This document shows, one piece after another, positions 10,316-18,358 of a stretch of DNA of 47,690 nt. The first letter of the stretch is position 1. Each line of letters begins with the position of its first letter. The stretch is from Deltaproteobacteria bacterium (GTDB lineage: Bacteria > Desulfobacterota > Desulfobacteria > Desulfobacterales > JAFDMD01): assembly GCA_019306185.1 (NCBI GenBank), contig JAFDMD010000002.1, forward strand, positions 1-47,690, written 5' to 3'. Below the pieces are notes generated by a model, which was not told the origin of the DNA, did not search any database, and saw only the letters and a program-made list of their open reading frames with translations. The position numbers and the translations under genes are program-made.

Positions 10316-10324
10316 GATAATCTA

Positions 10325-10888
10325 ATGAATAAAATAACCGACATAATAAGTCACCCTAATTTTTTAACCATTTTTCGGATAGCTGCGGCCCCTATATTGG
10401 TGCTTCTGCTATTATCCACAAATAAAATGTTAACCTTTTTATCCGCTATGGTATTTAGCGCGGCTGCAATAACCGATTATTTTGATGGTTATATAGCAAG
10501 ACAAAAAGGACTTGTATCAAGCTTCGGAAAAATTATGGATCCTGTAGCGGATAAACTTTTAATATCTTCTGCAATTATTATGCTTGTATCCCACGGATGG
10601 ATACCTGCATGGATGGGGTGTATTATAATAGGAAGAGAGATTTCAATAACAGGATTAAGAAATCTTATTATAAAAAAAGGGGGCGATATATCTGCCTCCA
10701 AACTAGGAAAATATAAAACCGGCTTTCAGATAGCCGCTATAATACCGCTTTTAATTCATTATCCATATTTTGGCGTTAATATAAATATAATAGGAATTTT
10801 TTTTTTATGGTGGGCTTTGGTATTTACTGTATGGTCTGCGGTTGACTACATTATAAAGTTTCACAAAATAGAGCCGTTTAAGTTGTAA
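10325..10888 (+). CDS. pgsA: CDP-diacylglycerol--glycerol-3-phosphate 3-phosphatidyltransferase
   Basis: PNFLTIFRI and TDYFDGYIAR...FGKIMDPVADK CDP-alcohol phosphotransferase motif. Confidence 0.95.
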   Translation: MNKITDIISHPNFLTIFRIAAAPILVLLLLSTNKMLTFLSAMVFSAAAITDYFDGYIARQKGLVSSFGKIMDPVADKLLISSAIIMLVSHGWIPAWMGCIIIGREISITGLRNLIIKKGGDISASKLGKYKTGFQIAAIIPLLIHYPYFGVNINIIGIFFLWWALVFTVWSAVDYIIKFHKIEPFKL

Positions 10889-10985
10889 GTAATAAAGCGG
10901 CAAAGTAACAGAGTAACAAAGTTTTATCCCGTCTTTTTATTATTTTTGTAATTGTTATCACTTTGGATAAAAATTTTTAATAATA

Positions 10986-11018
10986 TATGTTGGGTTATGC
11001 GAAGCGCAACCCAACATA
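10986..11018. repeat. REP-like palindrome between convergent pgsA and hicB
   Basis: TATGTTGGGTT-atgcgaagcgc-AACCCAACATA, 11-bp perfect arms. Confidence 0.65.
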
Positions 11019-11045
11019 CTTAACTGTTTTTACGTATTACTAAAT

Positions 11046-11246
11046 CTATGCATACATTAATCTTCTGCCTTTTGCTTGAGGAATAGGGTTTGCCGTATCT
11101 ATCCAAAGCCGAATTGCTTCTTTTGCATTGGAAAGAGCCGATTCATAGGAATTCCCATGCGCCATACATCCGGAAAGTTCCGGAACTTCAGCCAAATAAG
11201 CTTTGTCTTCTTCGCTCCAATAAATTATTGTTTCGTATTTAAACAT
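11046..11246 (-). CDS. hicB: HicB-family antitoxin (orphan)
   Basis: YETIIYWSEEDKAYLAEVPELSGCMAHG...AKEAIRLWI; GGGAGG RBS. Confidence 0.85.
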   Translation of the reverse strand: MFKYETIIYWSEEDKAYLAEVPELSGCMAHGNSYESALSNAKEAIRLWIDTANPIPQAKGRRLMYA

Positions 11247-11315
11247 TATTGCCTCCCAATCTCGGACTCCTTATCAATAATCACTGGAGCGAGGAACGAG
11301 TGCCCTGTGGATTTT

Positions 11316-11700
11316 TTAATTCTCTATTTTGATTGATTTGATAATTTGTTCAATTTCTTTCATAGAGCCAGTTTTTTCATCTTGTCTTGTGGTAGCGCCA
11401 ATCATAAAGAAATAATCGCCTCGCGGTACAATCCACATCTTCGATGTGATTGGGAATGTCCGTCCGTCCATAATCCGTAACAAATAATTGAACTGCATAT
11501 AGGCTGCGTTTAACTCATCCATCTTAACATCTATAGGAGATTGCGCTAACTGAAAGTTTTCGAATATCTTTTGCATTAGAGGCAAGATTGAAGATATAAT
11601 TTCTTTACCATCTTTTCCTTTTAGCTGACCGTATGGTTTGATCATTGGCAGTGACGGTTAACAATATAACTAAAAATGGGATTAATTTAATGTATTTCAT
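11316..11700 (-). pseudogene. Internally deleted, frameshifted exported protein
   Basis: ATG at 11700 gives the signal peptide MKYIKLIPFLVILLTVTAN, which shifts out of frame near 11645. The 109-aa C-terminal part continues in another frame. Confidence 0.55.
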
Positions 11701-12007
11701 TTGTTTATTTTTTTCAGTTAATAAGTAGTTTTATAGTTTAAATATAATAATCAAAGTTCAAAAACATTCCTTATATCATTTATTTTTTAATAATATAAGA
11801 TACCCTTTATATTTGAAATTTTTATAATATTATAGAGTTAATTTGTCAACCTACTAATTAAAGAAATATAATCTGCCCTGCCTATTTGTAATTATTACAG
11901 GAATATAAGTTATATTGTTAATTAATTTTAGATGATTACTATATAAAAAATGATTTTTTGAGATTTATACAAACGCTTTAAAAAACAGAAGATATTCTAT
12001 TTTTTTA

Positions 12008-12036
12008 TTGACATAAAATCGTTCAAAAGTTAAACA
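12008..12036 (+). promoter_or_regulatory. Sigma70-type promoter for the tRNA-Gly/Cys pair
   Basis: TTGACA, 17 bp, TAAACA, ending 17 bp before tRNA-Gly. Confidence 0.55.
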
Positions 12037-12053
12037 ATTCTTTTGTATTTTGG

Positions 12054-12128
12054 GCGGGAATAACTCAGCGGTAGAGTGCGACCTTGCCAAGGTCGAAGTC
12101 GCGGGTTCAAATCCCGTTTCCCGCTCCA
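12054..12128 (+). tRNA. tRNA-Gly(GCC)
   Basis: GCGGGAA acceptor stem, anticodon arm GACCT-TGCCAAG-GTC, TTCAAAT T-loop, encoded CCA. Confidence 0.97.
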
Positions 12129-12137
12129 TTTTTTTAT

Positions 12138-12212
12138 GGCGGCATAGCCAAGTGGTAAGGCAACGGTCTGCAAAACCGTTATTCACCGGTTCGAATCCGG
12201 TTGCCGCCTCCA
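12138..12212 (+). tRNA. tRNA-Cys(GCA)
   Basis: GGCGGCA...ACGGT-CTGCAAA-ACCGT...GGTTCGAATCC...TGCCGCCTCCA. Confidence 0.97.
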
Positions 12213-12338
12213 TCTACGAAACTTCTTTAACAACTTATAAGATACCGTTTTATGTATAACAAAATAAACGCTTATGATTAAATATAAGACACAACAAGGA
12301 ATAGATTATACCCCCTGTATCAATAGGAGGTTAAGAGG

Positions 12339-12435
12339 AAATAATAAAGGGATTTCTCCCTTCGGTTCGAAATGACAGGAAGCAATTTTTTTACCGTGTA
12401 ATGTCAACGAGCGCGTCGAGGAGAAATCTTATAAA
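12339..12435 (+). repeat. Intergenic repeat family B, copy 1
   Basis: About 95 bp, GGGATTTCTC...GACAGGAAG...TTTTACCG.TAATGTCAACGAGCGC..CGAGGAGAAATCT. Near-identical inverted copy at 25432-25524. Confidence 0.85.
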
Positions 12436-12539
12436 ACAGGACAGTTTCCGTAGAAAATCTTGCAGGAATTTTTTAAATTTAAACTAAAAACTTATTGACC
12501 TGTTTTTTATCAAATGTTATCAATTTCAGGTTAATTTTA

Positions 12540-12625
12540 GGAGGGATGGCCGAGTGGCTTAAGGCGGCGGTCTTGAAAACCGTTGAGCGAAAGCTCCGTG
12601 GGTTCAAATCCTACTCCCTCCGCCA
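12540..12625 (+). tRNA. tRNA-Ser(TGA)
   Basis: GGAGGGA stem, GCGGT-CTTGAAA-ACCGT, long variable arm, CCA end. TTGACC-17-TATCAA promoter upstream. Confidence 0.96.
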
Positions 12626-12656
12626 GTCGTTTTATGAAAGATTTATAAAAAATATC

Positions 12657-12749
12657 GGAGAGATGGCCGAGTAGGTCGAAGGCGCTCGCCTGCTAAGCGA
12701 GTAACGGGTGAAAGTTCGTTCGAGGGTTCGAATCCCTCTCTCTCCGCCA
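12657..12749 (+). tRNA. tRNA-Ser(GCT)
   Basis: GGAGAGA stem, CTCGC-CTGCTAA-GCGAG, long variable arm, CCA end. Confidence 0.96.
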
Positions 12750-12846
12750 TAACCTTTAAGGCTGATAAATATAAAAATGAACAAAATGGTTTGTTATGCA
12801 ACCGTCTTTAATCGAAATATAAACATATAAAAGATATAATTTATAG

Positions 12847-13065
12847 ATGGCAAATAATAAAAAAACTTTTCAATTGATTTGGGGAACAGCTTTTTTTCTA
12901 TCAGGTATAGGGGTATTTATTAGAATTCCTCAAGTAATGCCTCAAATCGAATCTATAAAACATTTTTCTTCCGTATTACCCTTTATTAAAATATGCTTTT
13001 ATCTTATGGGGCTTATACTTACGGCTGGCGGAGGAAAAAAAATATATCTTTATTTTAAGAAATAA
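12847..13065 (+). CDS. Small two-TM membrane protein, function unknown
   Basis: 72 aa, GIGVFIRIPQVMP and FYLMGLILTAGG; sits upstream of dsrC. Confidence 0.7.
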   Translation: MANNKKTFQLIWGTAFFLSGIGVFIRIPQVMPQIESIKHFSSVLPFIKICFYLMGLILTAGGGKKIYLYFKK

Positions 13066-13219
13066 TTCGAAGAAATTATCATAAGGCGTTAGCTTTAAAA
13101 AAGAGAATTTTATTGACAATCATTTATATAAATAATATAGAAAATAGCTTAATGAAATTAGAGATAATCAGGCTTAAACAGCTAATTGATAATTAATAAA
13201 TATTAAAGGAGGAATTTAA

Positions 13220-13537
13220 ATGGCACAAGTAGAACACCAAGGTAAAACATTTATCGTAGATGAAGATGGCTTTATAGACGATTACGCGTCTTGGTCCGAA
13301 GAATGGGTTGATTACGTCAGAAAAGAGGAAGGTATCAAAGATATGACTGACGAACATAGAAAAGTAGTAGATGTGCTTCGCGATTATTACGAGAAAAACG
13401 GAATCGCTCCTATGGTTAGAGTTTTATCTAAAGTTACAGGTTTTAAACTCAAATATATTTACGAGCTTTTCCCGTCAGGCCCCGGCAAAGGAGCTTGCAA
13501 AATGGCAGGGCTTCCCAAACCGACGGGCTGTGTGTAA
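13220..13537 (+). CDS. dsrC: Dissimilatory sulfite reductase partner DsrC (TusE/DsrC/DsvC)
   Basis: VDEDGF, IAPMVR, C-terminal GACKMAGLPKPTGCV with both conserved Cys. Strong AAGGAGG RBS and TTGACA-17-TATAGA promoter at 13113-13141. Confidence 0.96.
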   Translation: MAQVEHQGKTFIVDEDGFIDDYASWSEEWVDYVRKEEGIKDMTDEHRKVVDVLRDYYEKNGIAPMVRVLSKVTGFKLKYIYELFPSGPGKGACKMAGLPKPTGCV

Positions 13538-13562
13538 AGTTTTTATATTACGGCATCAATGC

Positions 13563-13600
13563 CATAAAAAAACCCTGTTTAACTACAGGGTTTTTTTATG
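13563..13600 (+). terminator. Intrinsic terminator after dsrC
   Basis: CATAAAAAAACCCTGT-ttaact-ACAGGGTTTTTTTATG hairpin with a T tract. Confidence 0.85.
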
Positions 13601-13640
13601 CATTTTTTTTATGACTGCAAATAAACCTAAACATATCTAT

Positions 13641-13775
13641 CCAGTTTTATAACAAAGTATTTTGTTATTTTTACGATATGCGAAAATTTTAACCGCATGA
13701 ATGCTAACAGTATTTCGAGGATTATAGTTTGAGCATAACGAAGAAAATAGTCAAAAAACAAAATTATAAAACGGG
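13641..13775. mobile_element. MITE-like repeat family A, degenerate full-length copy
   Basis: Ends CCAGTTTTATAA / TTATAAAACGGG. Internal AAATTTTAACC...GAGGATTA..TTTGAGCATAACG is shared with 25530-25674. Confidence 0.7.
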
Positions 13776-13818
13776 CTAATGAAAGAAACAATTATAAATA
13801 GGCAAATAGGCGGCTGTT

Positions 13819-14265
13819 TTGGACGATTCCGACAAATTAATAATAAATCATATACAATCCGATTTTCCGATAACAAAACGTCCTTATATTGCAATTGCAG
13901 AAAAGATTGGCTCCTCGGAACAAGAGGTTATAGAACGTATTCTGCGTTTAAAAAAAAATGGGATTATACGAAGAATCGGAGGAAACTTTGTTCCGGGCAA
14001 ACTCGGCTTTGTAAGCACCTTATGCGCCGCAAGGGTTTCTAAAGATAAAATCGAAATTTTTGTAAAAAAGGTCAATATTTTTAATGGAGTAACTCATAAT
14101 TATAAAAGAGATCATAAATATAATATATGGTTTACCTTTATAGCGCCTGATACTGACGAGATAAAGGCAAATTTGGAAGAGATAAAAAAAGAAACAGGGG
14201 TAACCGAAATTTTAAATCTTCCCGCTTCCCGCGTTTTTAAAATCAAGGCGGAATTTAACGTATAA
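13819..14265 (+). CDS. ahbA: Siroheme decarboxylase alpha subunit (Lrp/AsnC-like)
   Basis: IQSDFPITKRPY, GIIRRIGG, LGFVSTLCAA, GVTHNYKR, YNIWFT; TTG start. Confidence 0.85.
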   Translation: MDDSDKLIINHIQSDFPITKRPYIAIAEKIGSSEQEVIERILRLKKNGIIRRIGGNFVPGKLGFVSTLCAARVSKDKIEIFVKKVNIFNGVTHNYKRDHKYNIWFTFIAPDTDEIKANLEEIKKETGVTEILNLPASRVFKIKAEFNV

Positions 14266-14414
14266 GACTTATCATCTTATGAAACACAGGCGCCTATGAC
14301 TATCTTATAGATATAAAAAAAGGATAATTATAAAAGGATATGAGTAAAGTTTTTTCACCAGTGATAAAGCAAGAAGCGGAGCAAACAACTTGGACATATC
14401 CAACCCAAATATAA

Positions 14415-14590
14415 TTATATGAAATTTTAAAAGATAAAGAATTTGCCAATAATATAGAGGCTATACATAACCTGTCCGCAAAAAAAAACTATCAACGATC
14501 TTCTTATCTTTTTATATCACCCTGATCAAACCGTAAAAGAAAACAGAATATAATGCAATTGGCTCGGTTGTTTCGGACCGGATTTGCTTT
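14415..14590 (+). pseudogene. Frameshifted remnant resembling the N-terminus of a DVU0298-family HEAT protein
   Basis: Pieces YEILKDKEFANNIEAIHNLSAKK / TINDLLIFLYHPDQTVKEN / YNAIGSVVSDRI joined by frameshifts. Family recalled, not searched. Confidence 0.35.
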
Positions 14591-14600
14591 CCGAAGTTGC

Positions 14601-15563
14601 TCATCTTTTATAGCTATATGCGCAGGTAGGAAAATCGTTATATCGTAAAATTACCGCAAGCCCTGTTAAATTCCATCCGTATAACGCGCAGACCGCATGC
14701 ATTCTTATAATCATCTGAATGTTATCATAATAATTTTGTGGAAATAGATTTATTTTTATATATAAAATTCCCATTGTCGCCGTAACTATCAGAAAAAAGA
14801 GTCCTGAAATCAATAAAAATTTTTGCTGGGATGCTTTCGAAAATCTATAAAAAAGTATAAAAATATTTATAACCGCAGCAATCAAAATTACGGATATAAA
14901 AAACTGAGCGGTTTTTATATTAAGAAGAATAAATGCAAACAATATAATAACTCCGGTATTTATAGTTCAAAAGCTTATATTTTTTAAAAAGGCAATTAAA
15001 ACGAATTCCGTTTTTTTAATGAAGGAAAATATCAAAGAAAAGGTAATAAGAGATAAGGGAAAGGAAAAATCGAGAAAAAAGGTATTAAGCTCAGCCTGAT
15101 CCGAATGCACAACTTGATAATATTGTCGGTTAATAATTGCAAAAACGGATAAAACCAATCCTATGGAAAGGCATAATAAAGAAGCGTTATGAAATTTTTC
15201 CGCAGGCAAAACATCCGATTTGAAAAATTGAAAAGGAAAAAAAGAAAATTTTTTCATCCTAACCGTCTCCGTTTTATAAAAGCCAATATTAATAAGATAA
15301 TAATCGAGACAATATAGAGGTTTAAAAAAGCCGTTATGGCAAATATAGACGAGAGTAAAAAAAGGCTGCTGTTGTATAACAAATTTTATTTTTTGTTTGG
15401 GTATAACATAGAATAATTGTTCCGCCGCAGCATAGATTAAAAAAAATATATGTATCCTTTCTAAGTCATAAACGGTTATTTCCAGAAAAAGAGTATCGCA
15501 AAAACCGGCTCCGAAGCCGATAATCATTAAAACGGTTAGTATAATTTTAAATTTTATGCTCAT
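14601..15563 (-). pseudogene. Fragmented polytopic membrane protein
   Basis: Two consecutive hydrophobic ORFs (14967-15563, 14601-14942). The sequence reads ERIHIFF then FNLCCGGTIIL in another frame, indicating internal frameshifts. Confidence 0.6.
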
Positions 15564-15919
15564 TATGTCCGTAATCTCAAAAATTTTTTTAAGGCGTTTT
15601 TAAGTTTGGTATCATAAAATTATATCCGTCGGTTATAAGCTTTTTCGGTATGACTCTGCATCCTTTCGATAAAATCTCTTTTCCCCTGTTTTGAAAAAAA
15701 GCTTTTATCAAGACAGGAGGAATTGTAAAAAACGCTGGTTTTGATAAAAATTTGCATAGTATTTGAGAAAATTGATAATTTGTAACGGGATGAGGCGACG
15801 TTATATTTACGGGTTTTTTTATAGAATTGTTTTGCAGCAGATGATAAACTGCTCCTTATAAGATCCTCTACTCCTATCCGACTCATATATTGCAATTAAA
15901 AGCTATTAGTATAACAAAA

Positions 15920-16590
15920 AACCCGCCGTTTTTTCAAAATTTTTCGGATAAATGCTCTGAAGGAGAGGTGAGCTGCGGTTTTAATAAACAATCTTTTGAA
16001 GGTCGAGTTGAAGGTGAAATTCCAAATTTAGAAGCGCCAATCGAGAGAATGGAAATCGTTCAAGAACAGCAAGATAAATATGCGGTTTTGGATTTTATTC
16101 AATTTTATTATAAAAACATTAGCGATCCGACAATACTTTATTGTGATCCCGCTCATTCTTCTTTTCATGGACACAACCATTATTCATAGAAGATATAAAT
16201 AAAATATTTGAACGAAATGGGATAGTATTTTATCTTGGAGAAGACGGTCAGATAAAGCGGGCTATACCTAAAGGTATGAAACAAATAATAAAAGATATTA
16301 CTTTTAAAACTTCCGATAAACAACTTAATAAGCTTTTGGAAGAAGCGTATTTAAAATTTACCGAACCGAAAATTGAAAGCCGCGTTGAAGCAATTCAAAA
16401 AATATATCTAAAGAAAACAAAGCCTTTCAAGAAGAATTGGACGTAGAATTTAAAAAGCTAACGGTACGGCAATAATTTTGGAATAAGACATTCCGAAAGA
16501 GAGCAAAAAGAGTTAAAATCGCCCGAACATATCGATTGTATGTTTTATAGGATAGCTTTTCTTATTTATTTGTGTTTAAATGAATTGTAA
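15920..16590 (+). pseudogene. Decayed AbiJ-like (NTD4 + HEPN) abortive-infection gene
   Basis: Fragments GEIPNLEAPI, AVLDFIQFYYKNISDP, HSSFHGH, INKIFERNGIVFYLGEDGQIKR, DKQLNKLLEEAYLKF, NNFGIRHSE...HIDCMFYRI, separated by stops, frameshifts and deletions. Confidence 0.55.
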
Positions 16591-16618
16591 AATAAGAAAA
16601 AGGATATAAAAATTTAAA

Positions 16619-16660
16619 TAAACCGTAAGGATTTTTTAAAAAAATATCCTTACGGTTTAT
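16619..16660. terminator. Hairpin terminator downstream of mrp (possibly bidirectional)
   Basis: TAAACCGTAAGGAT...ATCCTTACGGTTTA inverted repeat between convergent genes. Confidence 0.75.
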
Positions 16661-16688
16661 ATTTAGTCATATATTTTATCGTCAATAT

Positions 16689-17561
16689 CTATTTTATATT
16701 ATCAATAATTTTTTGCGCAACTTCCAAAAATGCTTTAGCCATAAGAGAATCCGGATATTTTTTTAAAAAGGAAGTTCCGGCGTCGCCGCATTTAACCATG
16801 TTGCCGTCAAAAGGAATTCTGCCTAAAAAATCTATTTTGGCGTCTGCAGCGGTTTTTTCTCCGCCGCCTGTTCCGAATAATTGTATTGTCTCGTTACAAT
16901 GAGGACATACGCAGCCGCTCATATTTTCTATAAGCCCTAATATTCCCATTTTTACGGTTTTGCAAAAGTTTATTGATTTTCTAACGTCTGCCAGCGATAT
17001 TTCCTGCGGAGTCGTTACGATAACAGCCTTTGCATCCGCTATTTTCTGAGCCACCGTTAAAGGCTCGTCTCCTGTTCCTGGAGGAGAATCTATAAGAAGA
17101 TAATCAAGCTTGCCCCATTTTACTTCGCCTATAAACTGATTTATAGCCGAATATTTCATAGGACCGCGCCATATAATAGCGTCATCTTTATTAACGGATA
17201 AAGCCTCTATTGATACCGCTTTAAGATTATCCGAATATGTAAGCGGCGCAAGTTTTTTATCTTCCGTTAGCTCCAGCATATCGGTTATGCCAAGCATTCT
17301 CGGAATATCGGGCCCGTGTATGTCAACGTCTAAAATTCCTACTTTAAATCCTTTATCTGCAAGAGCCATTCCGAGGTTAATTGTGGTGCTGGTTTTGCCT
17401 ACTCCTCCTTTGCCGCTCATAATCATAAGTTTGTTTTTAATTTTATCCAAAGTCTCTTTTATTGCTTCGTCCGAGCCGGGCTGCTTTGTTTCTTGCGTTT
17501 GCGAGGGGCATGAACTTGCAATTTTGTTTGAACCGCAGCTTTGGCTGCTACAATTTTCCAT
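16689..17561 (-). CDS. mrp: Mrp/NBP35 (ApbC) Fe-S cluster carrier ATPase
   Basis: SGKGGVGKT, DVDIHGP, WRGP, DSPPGTGDE, ENMSGCVCPHC. Confidence 0.95.
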   Translation of the reverse strand: MENCSSQSCGSNKIASSCPSQTQETKQPGSDEAIKETLDKIKNKLMIMSGKGGVGKTSTTINLGMALADKGFKVGILDVDIHGPDIPRMLGITDMLELTEDKKLAPLTYSDNLKAVSIEALSVNKDDAIIWRGPMKYSAINQFIGEVKWGKLDYLLIDSPPGTGDEPLTVAQKIADAKAVIVTTPQEISLADVRKSINFCKTVKMGILGLIENMSGCVCPHCNETIQLFGTGGGEKTAADAKIDFLGRIPFDGNMVKCGDAGTSFLKKYPDSLMAKAFLEVAQKIIDNIK

Positions 17562-17563
17562 AA

Positions 17564-18352
17564 TTATACCATCCTTTCTGAAATTTTTACTATTTCTCTT
17601 TTTATTTTAAAACCGCCGCATCCGACGGCGTTTCTTTTTGCCAATTTTAATTTACCTTCTTCAAAAAACTTTATAGCTTTTGTATAAAGCTCCCATTCGA
17701 CTTTTAGTCCTTTTTTTTTAATTGTTTCCAAAGTGTCGTCTTCAAGTATCAGAAAGCTTTTTTGCGCTATAATAGCTCCTGTGTCTTCGCCGTAATCTAC
17801 AAAGTGAACGGTGCATCCGCCTATTTTTGCGCCGTATTCAAAGGTGTCTTTATATCCGTTTGTTCCTGCAAAAGCCGGAAGCAAAGCGGGATGGATATTC
17901 ATAATTTTTGGCTTGTTCGGCTCCGTATTTATTTTATCTATAAAATAAGGGGTGAGTTTTCTCATAAAGCCTGCAAGAATTATAAGATCGAATTTAAATT
18001 TGTCCAGTTTGTTTAACAGGTCTGCTTCGGCTACGGCTCTTGTTTTAAAAAAGAGTTCGGTTTTTTTATTTTTTATTTTAAATAATTTTTGAAGGGATAA
18101 TATTTTTTCTATGTTAAAATCTGTTGGAAGTTTGTTTTCAATGTTTTTATCCGCTATTATTTTTTTATAATCTGTTATAAAGGTAGGTATGTTGTATTTT
18201 TCGGCTTTTTTAAGTCCGAACGCGTCAAATTTATCTGCTCCTACGCATACTATTTTTGCGTTTATCTCTTTTTTAATGCAGGAATCTATTACAGCCTGAA
18301 GATTTGTGCCGTTTCCTGAAATCAAAGCGGCTATTTTTAGTTTTTTTTTCAT
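17564..18352 (-). CDS. purN: Phosphoribosylglycinamide formyltransferase
   Basis: ISGNGTNLQA, LAGFMR, NIHPALLPAF, GCTVHFVDYGEDTG; carries an internal insertion. Confidence 0.93.
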   Translation of the reverse strand: MKKKLKIAALISGNGTNLQAVIDSCIKKEINAKIVCVGADKFDAFGLKKAEKYNIPTFITDYKKIIADKNIENKLPTDFNIEKILSLQKLFKIKNKKTELFFKTRAVAEADLLNKLDKFKFDLIILAGFMRKLTPYFIDKINTEPNKPKIMNIHPALLPAFAGTNGYKDTFEYGAKIGGCTVHFVDYGEDTGAIIAQKSFLILEDDTLETIKKKGLKVEWELYTKAIKFFEEGKLKLAKRNAVGCGGFKIKREIVKISERMV

Positions 18353-18358
18353 TGCCCG

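Noticed and set aside
11965-12259. ORFs of 82 and 69 aa over the tRNA cluster
   Set aside because: They are translations of tRNA-Gly and tRNA-Cys sequence, a common annotation artefact.
12054-12749. tRNA-anchored prophage or integrative element
   Set aside because: No integrase, phage gene or duplicated tRNA 3' end was found in the window.
15620-15895. 91-aa minus-strand ORF
   Set aside because: It has no recognisable motifs or RBS and lies between two pseudogenes, so it cannot be supported as a gene.
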